NCBI GenBank assembly: GCA_046290225.1
Contig: JBKAGE010000067.1
Coordinates: forward strand, 1 to 35,745
Direction: 5' to 3'
DNA length: 35,745 nt
Origin: Bradymonadia bacterium
GTDB lineage: Bacteria; Myxococcota_A; Bradymonadia; UBA7976; UBA1532
In this document: positions 15,047 through 25,800 of the stretch, in pieces
How positions within the stretch are numbered: position 1 is the stretch's first letter
How the letters are laid out: each line of letters starts with the position of its first letter
Notes under the pieces: generated by a model
Seen by the model: the letters and a program-made list of their open reading frames with translations, nothing else
The model's database searches: none
Told to the model about the DNA's origin: nothing
Program-made: the position numbers and the translations under genes

Positions 15047-18000
15047 TCAGGGCACCGGTTCTGGGGCCGCTGGCAGGCACATCACGTCGTACACCACGGG
15101 GATGTCACAACCTCCGCTGGGGCCCCAACCAGCATCATAGTTCTGCACAGGATCGTTGTTCCGGAACAGGTTGCACGTAATGTTCGGCACATCGCCCTGG
15201 GACAAGGTGGTGCACAGCCCCTCTTCGAAGCTCACCGGCGCCCCGTGGCCTCGGTTGAGGCATGCAAGCTCGGCACAGCGCTCCGCGGTCCCACAGCTGT
15301 TGAAGCTGTCGCAGCTGCCGTGATGGCCGAACGCCTGCTCGGCGCCGAGGGCGACGAACGCGTTGCGGCGCAAGATGACCCGCTCCCAGCCAGCATCGCC
15401 ATTGAGGCTGTTGTCCCCACAACGGTAGCCAGACCGCACAGTGCCATTGCCTGTGTGAATACACATTCGCAGCTCTGGCTGATCGTTGCGCTCGACGTCA
15501 CAGCTGCTGCGGCGCACGGGGGCACCACCGGGGGCGAAGCCCCAGGAGAATTCAGGGGAGTAGTACCACGCCACGCCATTGTGCTCGTTCGTCGCATCTG
15601 CGCCATTGCCCACGTCGAGGAACACCTCTTCGAAGAGGCCCTCGGCGGCGAGGGTGAAGGTGTCGGCACCTACGGGGCGACAGGCCATCATGAGCTGGTC
15701 GGCGTCACAGTCGGCCTGGATTTGAGCCAGATCGTCACCATTGCTGTTGAAGAGGCTGCTGTAGCAGACCTCCCAGCCCATGGCGGTGGTCGCGGCCTCG
15801 GTGAGGTTCTGTTGCACGCCGGGCGTCAACACGGCGCGGTCCGCGGGGGGTGGATCGACACAGAGCCCTTCTTCACAGGTCTGACCCGCGTTGCAGTCGT
15901 TGAAGTCGCGGCACTCGCCTTCGCCAAGCACGGTGCACAGCCCCTCTGCGCAGAACTCGCCAGCTTCGACATTGCACTGGGCATCGTCGCGACAGCCACC
16001 CACGGGCAGGCACGTCATGCCGGCATCTTCAACATGACCACAGTTGTGACCCCCGAGGGGGGTGGCGGGGCATTGGAGCAGGCGCTCCTCATCGCCTTCA
16101 CATTGAACGTCGTCGAGCCAGATCTGCCCTTCTCCGCCGCCGAATCGCTGAATCGCCTCCACCGCGCCGGGGTACCCGAGCTGACGGCAGGCGACATCGG
16201 CGTCCGGCAGGTTCCAGAGATCGTCACAGACGGTGCCCCACTCGCCGTTGACGTAGATCTCCACGCGACCATTTCTGGGGCCCTCGCCGCCGACGAGGCG
16301 CACATCACCATTACGCAACGGGGTGAAGCCCACCATGTACTGCATGAGCGTGAGAGAGTCGGCGCTGAAATCGGGATCAGTGTCTTGCCAGTCTGACTCC
16401 ACGAGCCAGAGCCGGCCGCCGCTGACGTTGATGTAGGCGAGAGAGACGGTGTTCGCGTCCCAGCCACCCAAGGGCGTGATGCCCGGATAGGCGCTGAGGT
16501 CGAACCCACAGCCAGTGCGCCCCTCGTGCACAGCGACAGCAGCGTTGTCCTGCCAGAAGGGGTCATTTTCGTTGAAGCGCACAGGGGGGTTGATGTTGTC
16601 ACTGCAGCCACCGATGTTCGCCCCCTCACTGGGGGCCACGTTGGCTTCGGGGAACACTGCGTTAAAGACCTCGTCGTTGATGTTGTACTCGGTGATGACA
16701 TTGCCGCCACCCTCGAGGTATCCCCGCAACTGAGCCCCGTCGATGTTCTCCGCTCCAGTGCGCGTGATGAGCAACGTCTGCACAGAGACATCGGGTGCGC
16801 ACCCCGGGACGACCTGCAGATCGACCCCTTCGGGGATGAAGGTGGCCACATCTCGGCTCGACCCCCCACAGCGCATCAACACACTCCGCTCAGGCGGCGG
16901 CAGGTCGACGCAGAGGTTGTCTTCGCAGAGCTGCCCTGCGTTGCAGTCATCCGCATCTCGACACTGGCCCTCGCCGAGTACGGTGCAGAGCTCGTCGATG
17001 CAGATCTCGTTGTCGGCGCACTGCGCGTTGCCTTCGCACTCGCCCACACGCAGACAGGTGATGGCTACATCTTCATTGTGACTACAGTTCTCGATGCCAA
17101 GGCCTGCGTTGGGACAGTCGAACAACCGCGCCTCGTCGCCGACGCATTCGACGTCGTCGAGCCAGGTGGGCTGGCCATTGGCGCCGGGCACGGCATCGTA
17201 GTCAGCCACCCGCACCCCAGGGAAACCAAGCTGTCGGCATGCGACCTCAGCGTTCAGCCGGTCCCACCGATCGTCGCAGACAGTGCCCCACGTGCCATTG
17301 GCGTATACCTCGATCCGGCCATCATGGAAGCCCTCGCCACCGACCAGACGGATCATCCCCTCCTCGACGGGCCCACGCAGCAAGATGAAACGCATGATTT
17401 GTTGGGTGTTGGTGGTGAAGTAAGCCTCGCCCTGCTCAGTGTCCTGCCAGTCCCCCTCGGTGAGCCACAGGCGGCCCTGGCCGAGATCGCGATAGGCGAG
17501 CGACACGGTGTTCTCGCTCCAACCACCGAGCGGGGTGATGCCCGGGTAGGCGCTGAGGTCGAATCCACAGCCGCTTTCGTTGTTCTGCGCGGGGGGCAAA
17601 GCACCGTTGGTCTGCCAGAAAGGGCTCCCGAGATTGAAGCGGACGGGAGGATTGACGTTGTCGGTGCACGACCCCTGCCGGGCCCCCTGTACGACCCCTG
17701 CATCGGGGAACAATAGATTGAAGATCTCGTCGGAGTTACCGAACTCGGTCATGAGGTGACCGCCGGCCTGCATCCACGCCGTCACTGCCGGACCATCGAT
17801 CTGTCCGTTGCGGCTGACAGCCATGGCGACAGTGTTGTCGTTCGGCTCACACCCAGCGGCGACAACGACCCCATCTTCAGGGCCGAAAATGACCGAGATG
17901 TCCCGTGCCGGCTCACCACATACGAGCACAGTGGGTCCATCGGGCGGGCAGACATCGCCCTCATCGACGGTGCCATCGCAGTCGTCGTCGATCTCATTGC

Positions 18001-18997
18001 AGGCCTCGTCACCGGCGATGCCTGCTTCTGCGTCGCACTCGGGGCCCTGCTCGCCACAGACGATGACACCCGCGCTTTCACAAGCCCCCTCACCTACGGT
18101 GCAGGCGTCGCCGAGGCCCTCGACATCATCGACGTTCCCGTCGCAGTCATTGTCTACGCCATCGCAAATCTCGTCGACCGGCTCGATGACCTGTGCGTCA
18201 CACAAGGTGCCTTCACCGCCCTCGACGCAGACGCGTACGCCCATGGCCATACAGGCACCTTCGCCGATGGTGCAGGCCTCACCCACTGGGTAGCCGTTGT
18301 CGACTTCACCATCACAGTCGTTGTCGACGCCGTCGCAGGTCTCCTCGCCAGGGGCCCCAGGTACGGCATCACAGACGAGTTCACCGTCGGTACAGACGAA
18401 ATTGCCGGCGCTTGCGCATGCGCCCACGCCCACCTCGCAGGCCTCGCCGAGGCCATCGAGATCGTCGACTTCACCATTGCAATCGTTGTCGATGCCGTCG
18501 CACACCTCTGGTGAAGGCACGCAGGGCTCCCCGCCCCCCATGCCACCGACTTCGCCACCCGCGCCGCCGACCTCGCCGCCAGCACCGCCGACTTCGCCGC
18601 CTGCGCCACCGGCATCGCCGCCCATGCCGCCGACCTCACCTCCGGCACCACCAGCGTCTCCGCCCATACCGCCGACCTCGCCGCCAGCACCACCGGTTTC
18701 ACCGCCTGCGCCACCAACCTCCCCACCGGCTCCACCGACCTCACCGCCTGCGCCGCCGACCTCACCGCCGGCTCCACCGACCTCACCGCCAGCGCCAGCA
18801 ACGGCGCCGCCCATGCCACCGGCGCCCCCGATCGCACCTCCAGTGCCGCCGGCAGCGCCTCCGCTGCCGCCCATCACCGCGCCTCCAGTGGCGCCTCCAG
18901 CACCCCCACCTTCTCCTGAGGTGGATCCTTCGTCGTCACATGCACCCAACCCTGCGGCCAGGCACACAGAGAGCGGCACCAACTTCAACAGCCTCAT
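15047..18997 (-). CDS. Large Cys-rich lipoprotein: Gly-rich tether, 4 putative metal-binding (MopE-like) repeats, 2 SRCR domains and duplicated unknown domains
   Basis: Start MRLLK (GGGAG RBS), lipobox LGAC. Four E.C(D/N)..D(N/D)DC(D/N)G.VD repeats. Two SRCR domains RLVGG.....GR.E.Y.NG.WGTVCDD.W....A.VACRQLG...WLDDV.C.G.E.RL..C......NC.H.ED....C at 17054-17353 and 16010-16303. Confidence 0.9.
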   Translation of the reverse strand: MRLLKLVPLSVCLAAGLGACDDEGSTSGEGGGAGGATGGAVMGGSGGAAGGTGGAIGGAGGMGGAVAGAGGEVGGAGGEVGGAGGEVGGAGGEVGGAGGETGGAGGEVGGMGGDAGGAGGEVGGMGGDAGGAGGEVGGAGGEVGGAGGEVGGMGGGEPCVPSPEVCDGIDNDCNGEVDDLDGLGEACEVGVGACASAGNFVCTDGELVCDAVPGAPGEETCDGVDNDCDGEVDNGYPVGEACTIGEGACMAMGVRVCVEGGEGTLCDAQVIEPVDEICDGVDNDCDGNVDDVEGLGDACTVGEGACESAGVIVCGEQGPECDAEAGIAGDEACNEIDDDCDGTVDEGDVCPPDGPTVLVCGEPARDISVIFGPEDGVVVAAGCEPNDNTVAMAVSRNGQIDGPAVTAWMQAGGHLMTEFGNSDEIFNLLFPDAGVVQGARQGSCTDNVNPPVRFNLGSPFWQTNGALPPAQNNESGCGFDLSAYPGITPLGGWSENTVSLAYRDLGQGRLWLTEGDWQDTEQGEAYFTTNTQQIMRFILLRGPVEEGMIRLVGGEGFHDGRIEVYANGTWGTVCDDRWDRLNAEVACRQLGFPGVRVADYDAVPGANGQPTWLDDVECVGDEARLFDCPNAGLGIENCSHNEDVAITCLRVGECEGNAQCADNEICIDELCTVLGEGQCRDADDCNAGQLCEDNLCVDLPPPERSVLMRCGGSSRDVATFIPEGVDLQVVPGCAPDVSVQTLLITRTGAENIDGAQLRGYLEGGGNVITEYNINDEVFNAVFPEANVAPSEGANIGGCSDNINPPVRFNENDPFWQDNAAVAVHEGRTGCGFDLSAYPGITPLGGWDANTVSLAYINVSGGRLWLVESDWQDTDPDFSADSLTLMQYMVGFTPLRNGDVRLVGGEGPRNGRVEIYVNGEWGTVCDDLWNLPDADVACRQLGYPGAVEAIQRFGGGEGQIWLDDVQCEGDEERLLQCPATPLGGHNCGHVEDAGMTCLPVGGCRDDAQCNVEAGEFCAEGLCTVLGEGECRDFNDCNAGQTCEEGLCVDPPPADRAVLTPGVQQNLTEAATTAMGWEVCYSSLFNSNGDDLAQIQADCDADQLMMACRPVGADTFTLAAEGLFEEVFLDVGNGADATNEHNGVAWYYSPEFSWGFAPGGAPVRRSSCDVERNDQPELRMCIHTGNGTVRSGYRCGDNSLNGDAGWERVILRRNAFVALGAEQAFGHHGSCDSFNSCGTAERCAELACLNRGHGAPVSFEEGLCTTLSQGDVPNITCNLFRNNDPVQNYDAGWGPSGGCDIPVVYDVMCLPAAPEPVP
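18530..18910 (-). repeat. Coding Gly-rich heptapeptide repeat (GGAGGEV/GGMGGDA)n
   Basis: About 13 consecutive 21-nt units with synonymous divergence, inside the lipoprotein tether. Confidence 0.85.
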
Positions 18998-19241
18998 GGA
19001 CTGACTCCCTCGATTGTGCGTCGAGCACACAGCACCCATGGGCATTCACCCCCAGCGCTCTACCCAGCCCGACGCACACAGAACGGTGTGTTGTGCGAGG
19101 TGGGACTCATGATTCGACGCATGTCCGATGTCTCCTGACGAACAGCATCGGCTCTAGAGGAAGGGCCCGTAAAGGAAACTCATCAGACAAATCAGCAGCC
19201 CTGCGGCCAAGACCTCTGTGAACACACACTCTGGAGGTCTC

Positions 19242-19802
19242 ATGAAGGTTGTCTTTGCCGCATTGCTCCTACTGCCTGTCACCGCTGTCGCCGAGCGCAG
19301 CCCCTGGAGCTTCTCTGCCGGTCCCCGGCTCGAAGCAGCTGCCGAGCACGGGCTCGGGGGCAGCCAGGCTGGGGCCCGGTGGCGCTTTTCGGAATCCTTC
19401 GCTCTCGACCTCGTGGGGCGACAGGGCTACTTGAGCAGTTACGAGGAAGGGTTGGGGGATCACGCCTATGTGGCCCTGCTCGCGGGCATCACTTGGCAAG
19501 GTGCCGACGCAGGTGATGGCTGGACCCCAAACGTCTCCGCCCGCCTCGCCCATATCCACCACGCCACAGCAGAGAGCTGGGCCGAGACACCTGGGGCCAA
19601 CATCGCCGGCGACTCCAATGGCGGGGTGGAGCACCGCTCGGGGGCAGAGCTCGCGGTGGGCCTGCTCGGGCCCAGGCTGTACAGCGGTGAAGGCTGGCAT
19701 CTGCGCTGGAGCGTGGAGCTGAGCGGCACCACCCTGCCCTCGTCCGAGGTCATGGGCTGGTCCATGGGCCTCACCGGCGGGGTGGCCCTGGGCTTTGACT
19801 GA
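19242..19802 (+). CDS. Secreted beta-strand-rich protein, possible small outer-membrane beta-barrel
   Basis: GGAGG RBS, signal peptide MKVVFAALLLLPVTAVA, alternating amphipathic strands, C-terminus GLTGGVALGFD. Confidence 0.6.
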   Translation: MKVVFAALLLLPVTAVAERSPWSFSAGPRLEAAAEHGLGGSQAGARWRFSESFALDLVGRQGYLSSYEEGLGDHAYVALLAGITWQGADAGDGWTPNVSARLAHIHHATAESWAETPGANIAGDSNGGVEHRSGAELAVGLLGPRLYSGEGWHLRWSVELSGTTLPSSEVMGWSMGLTGGVALGFD

Positions 19803-22800
19803 TCAGAGCCGCAACACGTCTCTCAGCGCGGCCCTGGCATCGGGATCGGCGAGGATGACCTGACACCGCGCCCGGGCGGTGGCCTCGTCGAGCTTGCCCT
19901 CGCTCACATGACGGGCCACGGCGAGCAGGGCGTTGAGAGGTACGGTGGGGCCGTGCCGCTGCCCACGGGCTACGGCGGCCCAGCTCGGGGTCTCGGGCAG
20001 GGCCTCGGGCCGCTGCTCAGGGGGCGCGATGCCTGCGCTCCGGGGCCGCGCGTGGATCGGGCGCCCGGAGCGCGTGGTGCTGGCATCCACGGGCATCCAC
20101 CGCGGCCCCCACGGGCTGTCGAGCAGGGCCATGGCCCACAAGTGATCAGGCTCATCCACCTGACCGCGATCGAAGGTCCACCCTGTGGCGAGGGCCGCGG
20201 GGATGCCCGACCTGCGCAACAGCTCGCAGGCGAGAGTGTTCAGCTCGTAGCAGATGCCCCGGCCCAGGTGGTGCGCGTCCCGACCTGCGTGGAGCATGGC
20301 GAGGTGCACGTTGGCCCGGCCCTCGCTCACCTTCGCCAGCCATCGGGCGTGGCGCGGGTCTTCGAGGTGTTTGGGATCGTATCGATAGCGCTCGGCGATG
20401 AAAGCCCTGATCATCTTGATGCGCTGGACCACCCCTTCGAGGGCGATGGCGTCGACGAGTGCGTGGCACGGCTCGGGCAGCTCGTCATCGGGCACCGTGG
20501 GCGTCCACAGCGCTTTGTGGCTCGGCAAGGACAGCAACGTCGGGGCCGTGGTCTCCTCACCAAAAGCGGGCGCTGGGGCGAGGGCCACCTCACAGGTGAG
20601 CTGCACATCGTCTTCGAGCCGCAGGGTGGCGCCGTCGAACTCGATGACACGCCCATCCTCCCCTGTGACCTTCAACAATTTGCCATAGAGCGGGAGCGGC
20701 AGCTGCACGACGCCGCCAGGCATTCGACCTCGCATGGTGACAACCGGACCCCCCTCCCCTGGGGTCGCCCATTGTGGATCGACACCTCTGGGGCTCCATC
20801 GCTGGCTTCGACGATGAAATGTGCCGGCGATCTGCAGTGGCCCATAGGTGTACGGCGCCGGCAGCCGGCCAGGGCGAAAAGCGAGGCCGTACCGAGAGAT
20901 ACGGTGGCGATCGTCGAGCCAGTCAGTGCGGGCACCGATCTGCGGGCGGATCGCCTCTCGCTGCTGAAACCAGCGTCGATCGTCAGGCAGCTGCGACGCA
21001 CCAGCTGACGATCCTGATGCATCACCGCGGGGAGGCGTTGGAGGCGCTGAGCGCTCTGGGGCGTGGCGTTCCGCGCGATTGCTCTCGGATGGTGGGGGTT
21101 GGGCAGGTGAGCGATCTTCCCCCTGGCCGCCGAGCAGCCGCCGCAGGCTGGACCACAGGCCCTCTTTTGGTGCTTCTGCACTCGCGGGGATCGCCGGCGA
21201 GGGCGCTTGCTTCTGGGGTATCTGCGCAGGCGCGGTGAAGGCCCCGTGGTGCGCCAGCCACTCACGCCAGGGCGCCGTGTCGAGGCCCGGCGGTGTACGC
21301 ACGACGGCACTCGGATCTTCTGTGCGGATGAGCGGGTGCTCCACGGGCCAGAGCAACGACTCGCCGTTGTGTTGTACCACCAAGCCCCACGGCTGTGGTG
21401 GAGGCTCGTCGGCGGCAGCGAGATCGCCCATGAGCTCCAGGTAGATTTCGTCCCAGTCCGAGGTGCCGATCAGCCAGGCACGCCCGTCGCGCTGCTGGCT
21501 CTCGAACACCCAGGCCAGCACCCGCCGGTGATGGGTGAAGCCCGCCTGAGTGGGGATGCCCAGGGCGCTGGTGAGGCGGCTGAGCTTTCTGCCCTGCCGC
21601 CACCCGCCGCGCCAGGGGCCGTAGCGCCCGGGCTCGAGATCCCGTATCAGCGCCCCAGGTGCTCTGGGGGTGTCGTCGTCATCGAGCAGGGTGAGTCGAT
21701 CTGAAGCAGCCCGAACCTCGTCGGTGCTCAGGTGGCCTGCTCCGAGGGCATCATCGATCCACTGCAGTACAGCACTGGGAGTGACGGCTGCCTCCTGGTG
21801 GGCATCGAGTACGTCACGCAGGACCAGCCCATCGGCGCCACGACACCCGAGACGTGGGCCCAGGGCGAGGCCACTCTCGGCGCCGAAGGCTCGGGCCAAG
21901 GCCTCGCTCACCAGCTTGCCGTGGCCCGGGCCGAGCATCGACACCACCTCTTCCGTGGGCCAGTAGAGGCTCGACGGCTCAGCCCAGCGGCCATCGACTG
22001 CAGGCATCCACGACCGCCGTCGGAGATCGAGAGCATCCACCAGACCCTTCTCTGTCTCCACGCGGTGGCAGAGATAGAGCGCCAGGGCGACACGTGCCTC
22101 ATCGCCCGCCACGCGACCGCGCCCGTCGAGCAGCGCGCCGAGAGTGGCCGTGTCCAACGCACCTTCGGCACCGGCGAGCTGAATCAAACGCCGTGAGGCC
22201 GATGTGTCGTACACATCGCTCGGCCCAGGCGGTGGCCTCTGCATGAAGGTTTCGATCAAGTGCCTCTGAGCGTCATCGGCGGGACTGAGCAGATCTTTGG
22301 GCCGGGTGAAGCCGCCCCGCACATCGGCCACCTTCAAGCGTCGATGAAGCTTCAGCCGTTTGATCAGATCCACCAGAGCGCCCTCTTCGGCCGCGTCGAC
22401 CGAGAGCACATGGGCCAACCCTCTCACGAGACGCACCGAGGCCTCGACGTCTGCTCTGCCCATGGCCTCTTCGTGGGCGTCGAGCAGACGCTCCGCCACG
22501 CGGCGCACCGCCCCTTGTGGTGTGATCATGTGCGCACCGAGCCAACGTCGCAGTGGCTCGGGGATCTCCCCGTGGGGCTGGTCGTCGGCGATGTGCAGAT
22601 CGACGACACCCAGGGTCCGCCAGAGTAGATCTCGTGGCCGCTGGAGCACCCCGCCGGCGCTGAGGCACACCGCGGCGGCGCCCAATGCCCCTCGGGCCTG
22701 CTCATCCTGGGTGATCTCCGCACCATGTCGCAGCAACCACCGATACAGACTCTGCCGCCCTTCGGGCTGCCTCAGAGCGGGGACCGGGTGCGCCTCTGGA

Positions 22801-25800
22801 GCAGTGGGCACGTTGGCGATCTGGGCCATGGCCTGGAGCAGTCGCCGGGGTGGGAGCGGGGGCTCGGGATGAGGCCAGTCCGGATGCGCCAGTCGGGCGC
22901 TGAGAGGCAACCCGACAGCGAGGGCCACTGTATCTGCGTCGGCAGCGTGCACCGGGGCACTCTGCAGGCGCCCCTCCGCGTCCACTGTGAGAATCTGCCC
23001 TGCTCCGAGGGCGTCGGCGAGCAGAGCGACCTGAGCCACGGTAGACAACCATGGGGGCTGCGCATCGAGGGGAACGCCCCAACGTGCCCCACGCTGTACT
23101 TGCTCGAGCAGCCACGCATCAGGTGAGGCGAAGCCGAGGGGCGGTCCGTGCTTGGGTGCACCCGCATCAGCGACAGTCTGCCCTTGCACAGGATCAAGGC
23201 GCACAGCATCGGGTACGGAGAGTCCATGGTCCATCAAGCCCTCGGCGATGATGAGGGCCTTCGCCGGCTCGAGCACCCCTGAGGCGCTCTGCCACATGAC
23301 CAGCTCGGGCAACACATGGGCGGCGCCGAAGGTGGATAAATCCGCTGAGAGCACCACGGCCCTCAGCGCCTCTGCGCTCTGCTCGGGCAGCGCCGCCCCT
23401 CGCCAGCCCGTGACAACCTCGTCGAGGGTGATGGGTGTGATGCCCAGCCGCTCGATCAGCGACCACCTGTCGTGCTCCACATCGGCATCGAGCAATGGCC
23501 ATGGACCACCCTGCATCGCCGGACGCAGCGACCCGGGCACCACCAGTCCCTGCGGGCCCCCGAGCGTGCACCACCGCCCATCCGTATCTGGCCACCATGG
23601 CAGCGTGCTCAGGGTCGCCAATGCGGCCTCGGAGCACGTGAGTCCGCCCACCTTCAAGGCATCGGTGATGGCTTCCCTCAGGGATGGAGGCCATGGGGTG
23701 ACGTCCGACCTGGCAAACAGCTCTGCCATGTCAGCGATCAGACCATCATCGCCTCCGAACCCCATGTACTCGGCGAGGGACAAGCCCTCGACGAGGCGGC
23801 GAGCCCCCTCGGCCAGCTCGTCGTCACCGAGGGCCAGAGGTGCCCACGAAGTCGTGAGCCCAGCAGCCTCGATTTCGGCATACACACGGGCCACCCGGTC
23901 GATACTCGGCGGTGGCCGACGCGTCGAAAGCGGGGCCAGTGCCCCGGCGTTGTCGGGCCAGATCGGCGCCTCTGCCAGGGCTCGTCTCAACCCCTCGTCG
24001 AAATCGGTCCATGCCCGTGGTCGGGTCGACAGCCAGACCAGCAGCCCTCTGCGACCCGCGTCGCTCTCGGTGTCGATGGCCGGGGGCAGGCTCGATGCGT
24101 CACCGGCGAGGGCCTGGGCGAGGCTCAGAGTGCTCACCACAGTGATGCCCATCATCTTGAGGTGGGGCATCCTGCCGAGGCGTGGATCGATCCAGGGCCC
24201 ATCGGGCAGCCAGCCAGAGATGGACTCGTCTTCAGGCCAGGCCACACGCTCTGCGCCCACGAGCGCACGCCGACGCCCAACAGTGTCGAGATGGATCGGC
24301 AGCTTCGCCCAACGCTTCAGTTGTCGTGTAGAGAGCCCCTCGGCCACCTCTGCGAGCCAGCGATGCAGTCCGATCAAAGCCTCATCGTCGAGCTGCACCG
24401 ATCCGCGCAGCAGGGCCTCTGCCATGACATCCGAGGTGAGGGTGCATCCGCCCAGACGAGCGAGCACGTGACGATGTGCAGGATCATCCAGCCGCGCCAG
24501 GGGTGGTCGGACCACAAGATCAGCCACGAAGCGCTCGAGGGCATCACCGACGCCGATCCAGAGCGCGCCAGCGCCGGTGAGCGGCGCCAGAGCCTCACGT
24601 TCAGCAGGGAAGATCGGCAACGGGGCGATCTTCGCCGCTTCAGCGCCGAGCGCCCCTTCGTGGGCCCGCAGCCACGGCAAGAACCCAGGCCGAGCACCGA
24701 GCTCAGGCCCACGCTCGGGGTGCTCGAGCAACGCCACCACCTGAGACACCCCAGCGAACTTCGGTCCCAGCCGGCGCCACCCCCTGGGGCTCAAGGCCTC
24801 TGCCAGGCCCTCGTGAACGAGAGGCAGCATCGAGCCCACGAGCGCCCGAGTGAGCGCGTCGGCGAGATACACCTTCGAAGGCGCACACCACGCCTCCTCG
24901 ACGTCTATGAGCCAGGGCGTCGCCTGCACCTTTTGAAGTTGTGTCTCGGAAAACCGCTTCTGTCGTGCGGTGGCATCCACCCAATGGAGCAGCCCCTCGA
25001 TGGCCTCGAGACGCGGCGGACCCGCGAGGTGCAGATGAGCCAGCGCCGTCGTGCACACTTCTGGCGACCACCTGCGGGCGCCGAGCCACAGCAAGACCTC
25101 GTCTGCCGTATCACCTTCGGCGATCAGTCGGGCACCGCCAGCGTCCAGAGGCAGCCCCGCGAGGGCTTCAGCAAGGGCAGCGGGGCCCAGGATCACCTGA
25201 GACACCGGCCAGCTCTCACCCACAGCGTCCACCACCATCGGGGCATCGCCGACGGCGTTTTTGAAGGCCTCGCCCAAGGCCGCCCAGCCAGGGTGACTCA
25301 AGCGCCTGGGCGAGCGCAGGCACCCCAAGAGGGCCCGCCTCTGCGACGGCGGCAAGTTCAGGGCGAGGCCCGCGAGGGCTTCGCCAGCGTCGATGAGCAA
25401 TCGCTGATTGGTATCACGGCTCGGATCCAGCCGCTCGCGATCCACGGGCAGTTCAAAGGCCCCGTGCACCATGATCCCCCACCCCGGGCGCGCCCCTGTA
25501 GGCAGATGGCAGAACACCTGTGGCAGCACCTCTGGCAGCGGCACGGGGCAGCCAGCATCGTCGGTCTGCACCGCCACCAGCGTGCCCGCTTTGCCCTGAG
25601 CCAGCCGCCAATGCTCCACCTGGGCCTCGCCCTCACCGCTCAGACGCGTCTCCAGGCGAGCACCGGCTTCGGTGTCCACACGGCGGACCTCTCGCTGGCG
25701 GCCATCTGGCGCGATCCACCGGAACGTCCGGATCGAGCGCAGCGCCAGCAACGTGCTCGGGGGCAGCGCCTGAGCATGGTGCCACATGGCGTCGAGGCCC

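Noticed and set aside
19150..19195. CTGATGAG on the minus strand suggesting a hammerhead ribozyme, or a riboswitch in the SRCR leader
   Set aside because: No stem II followed by GAAA, and no c-di-GMP riboswitch consensus could be built.
18193..19221. Arg/His-rich and Pro-rich (PPAPPTS)n ORFs resembling extensins
   Set aside because: Alternative-strand readings of the (GGAGGEV)n tether of the SRCR lipoprotein.
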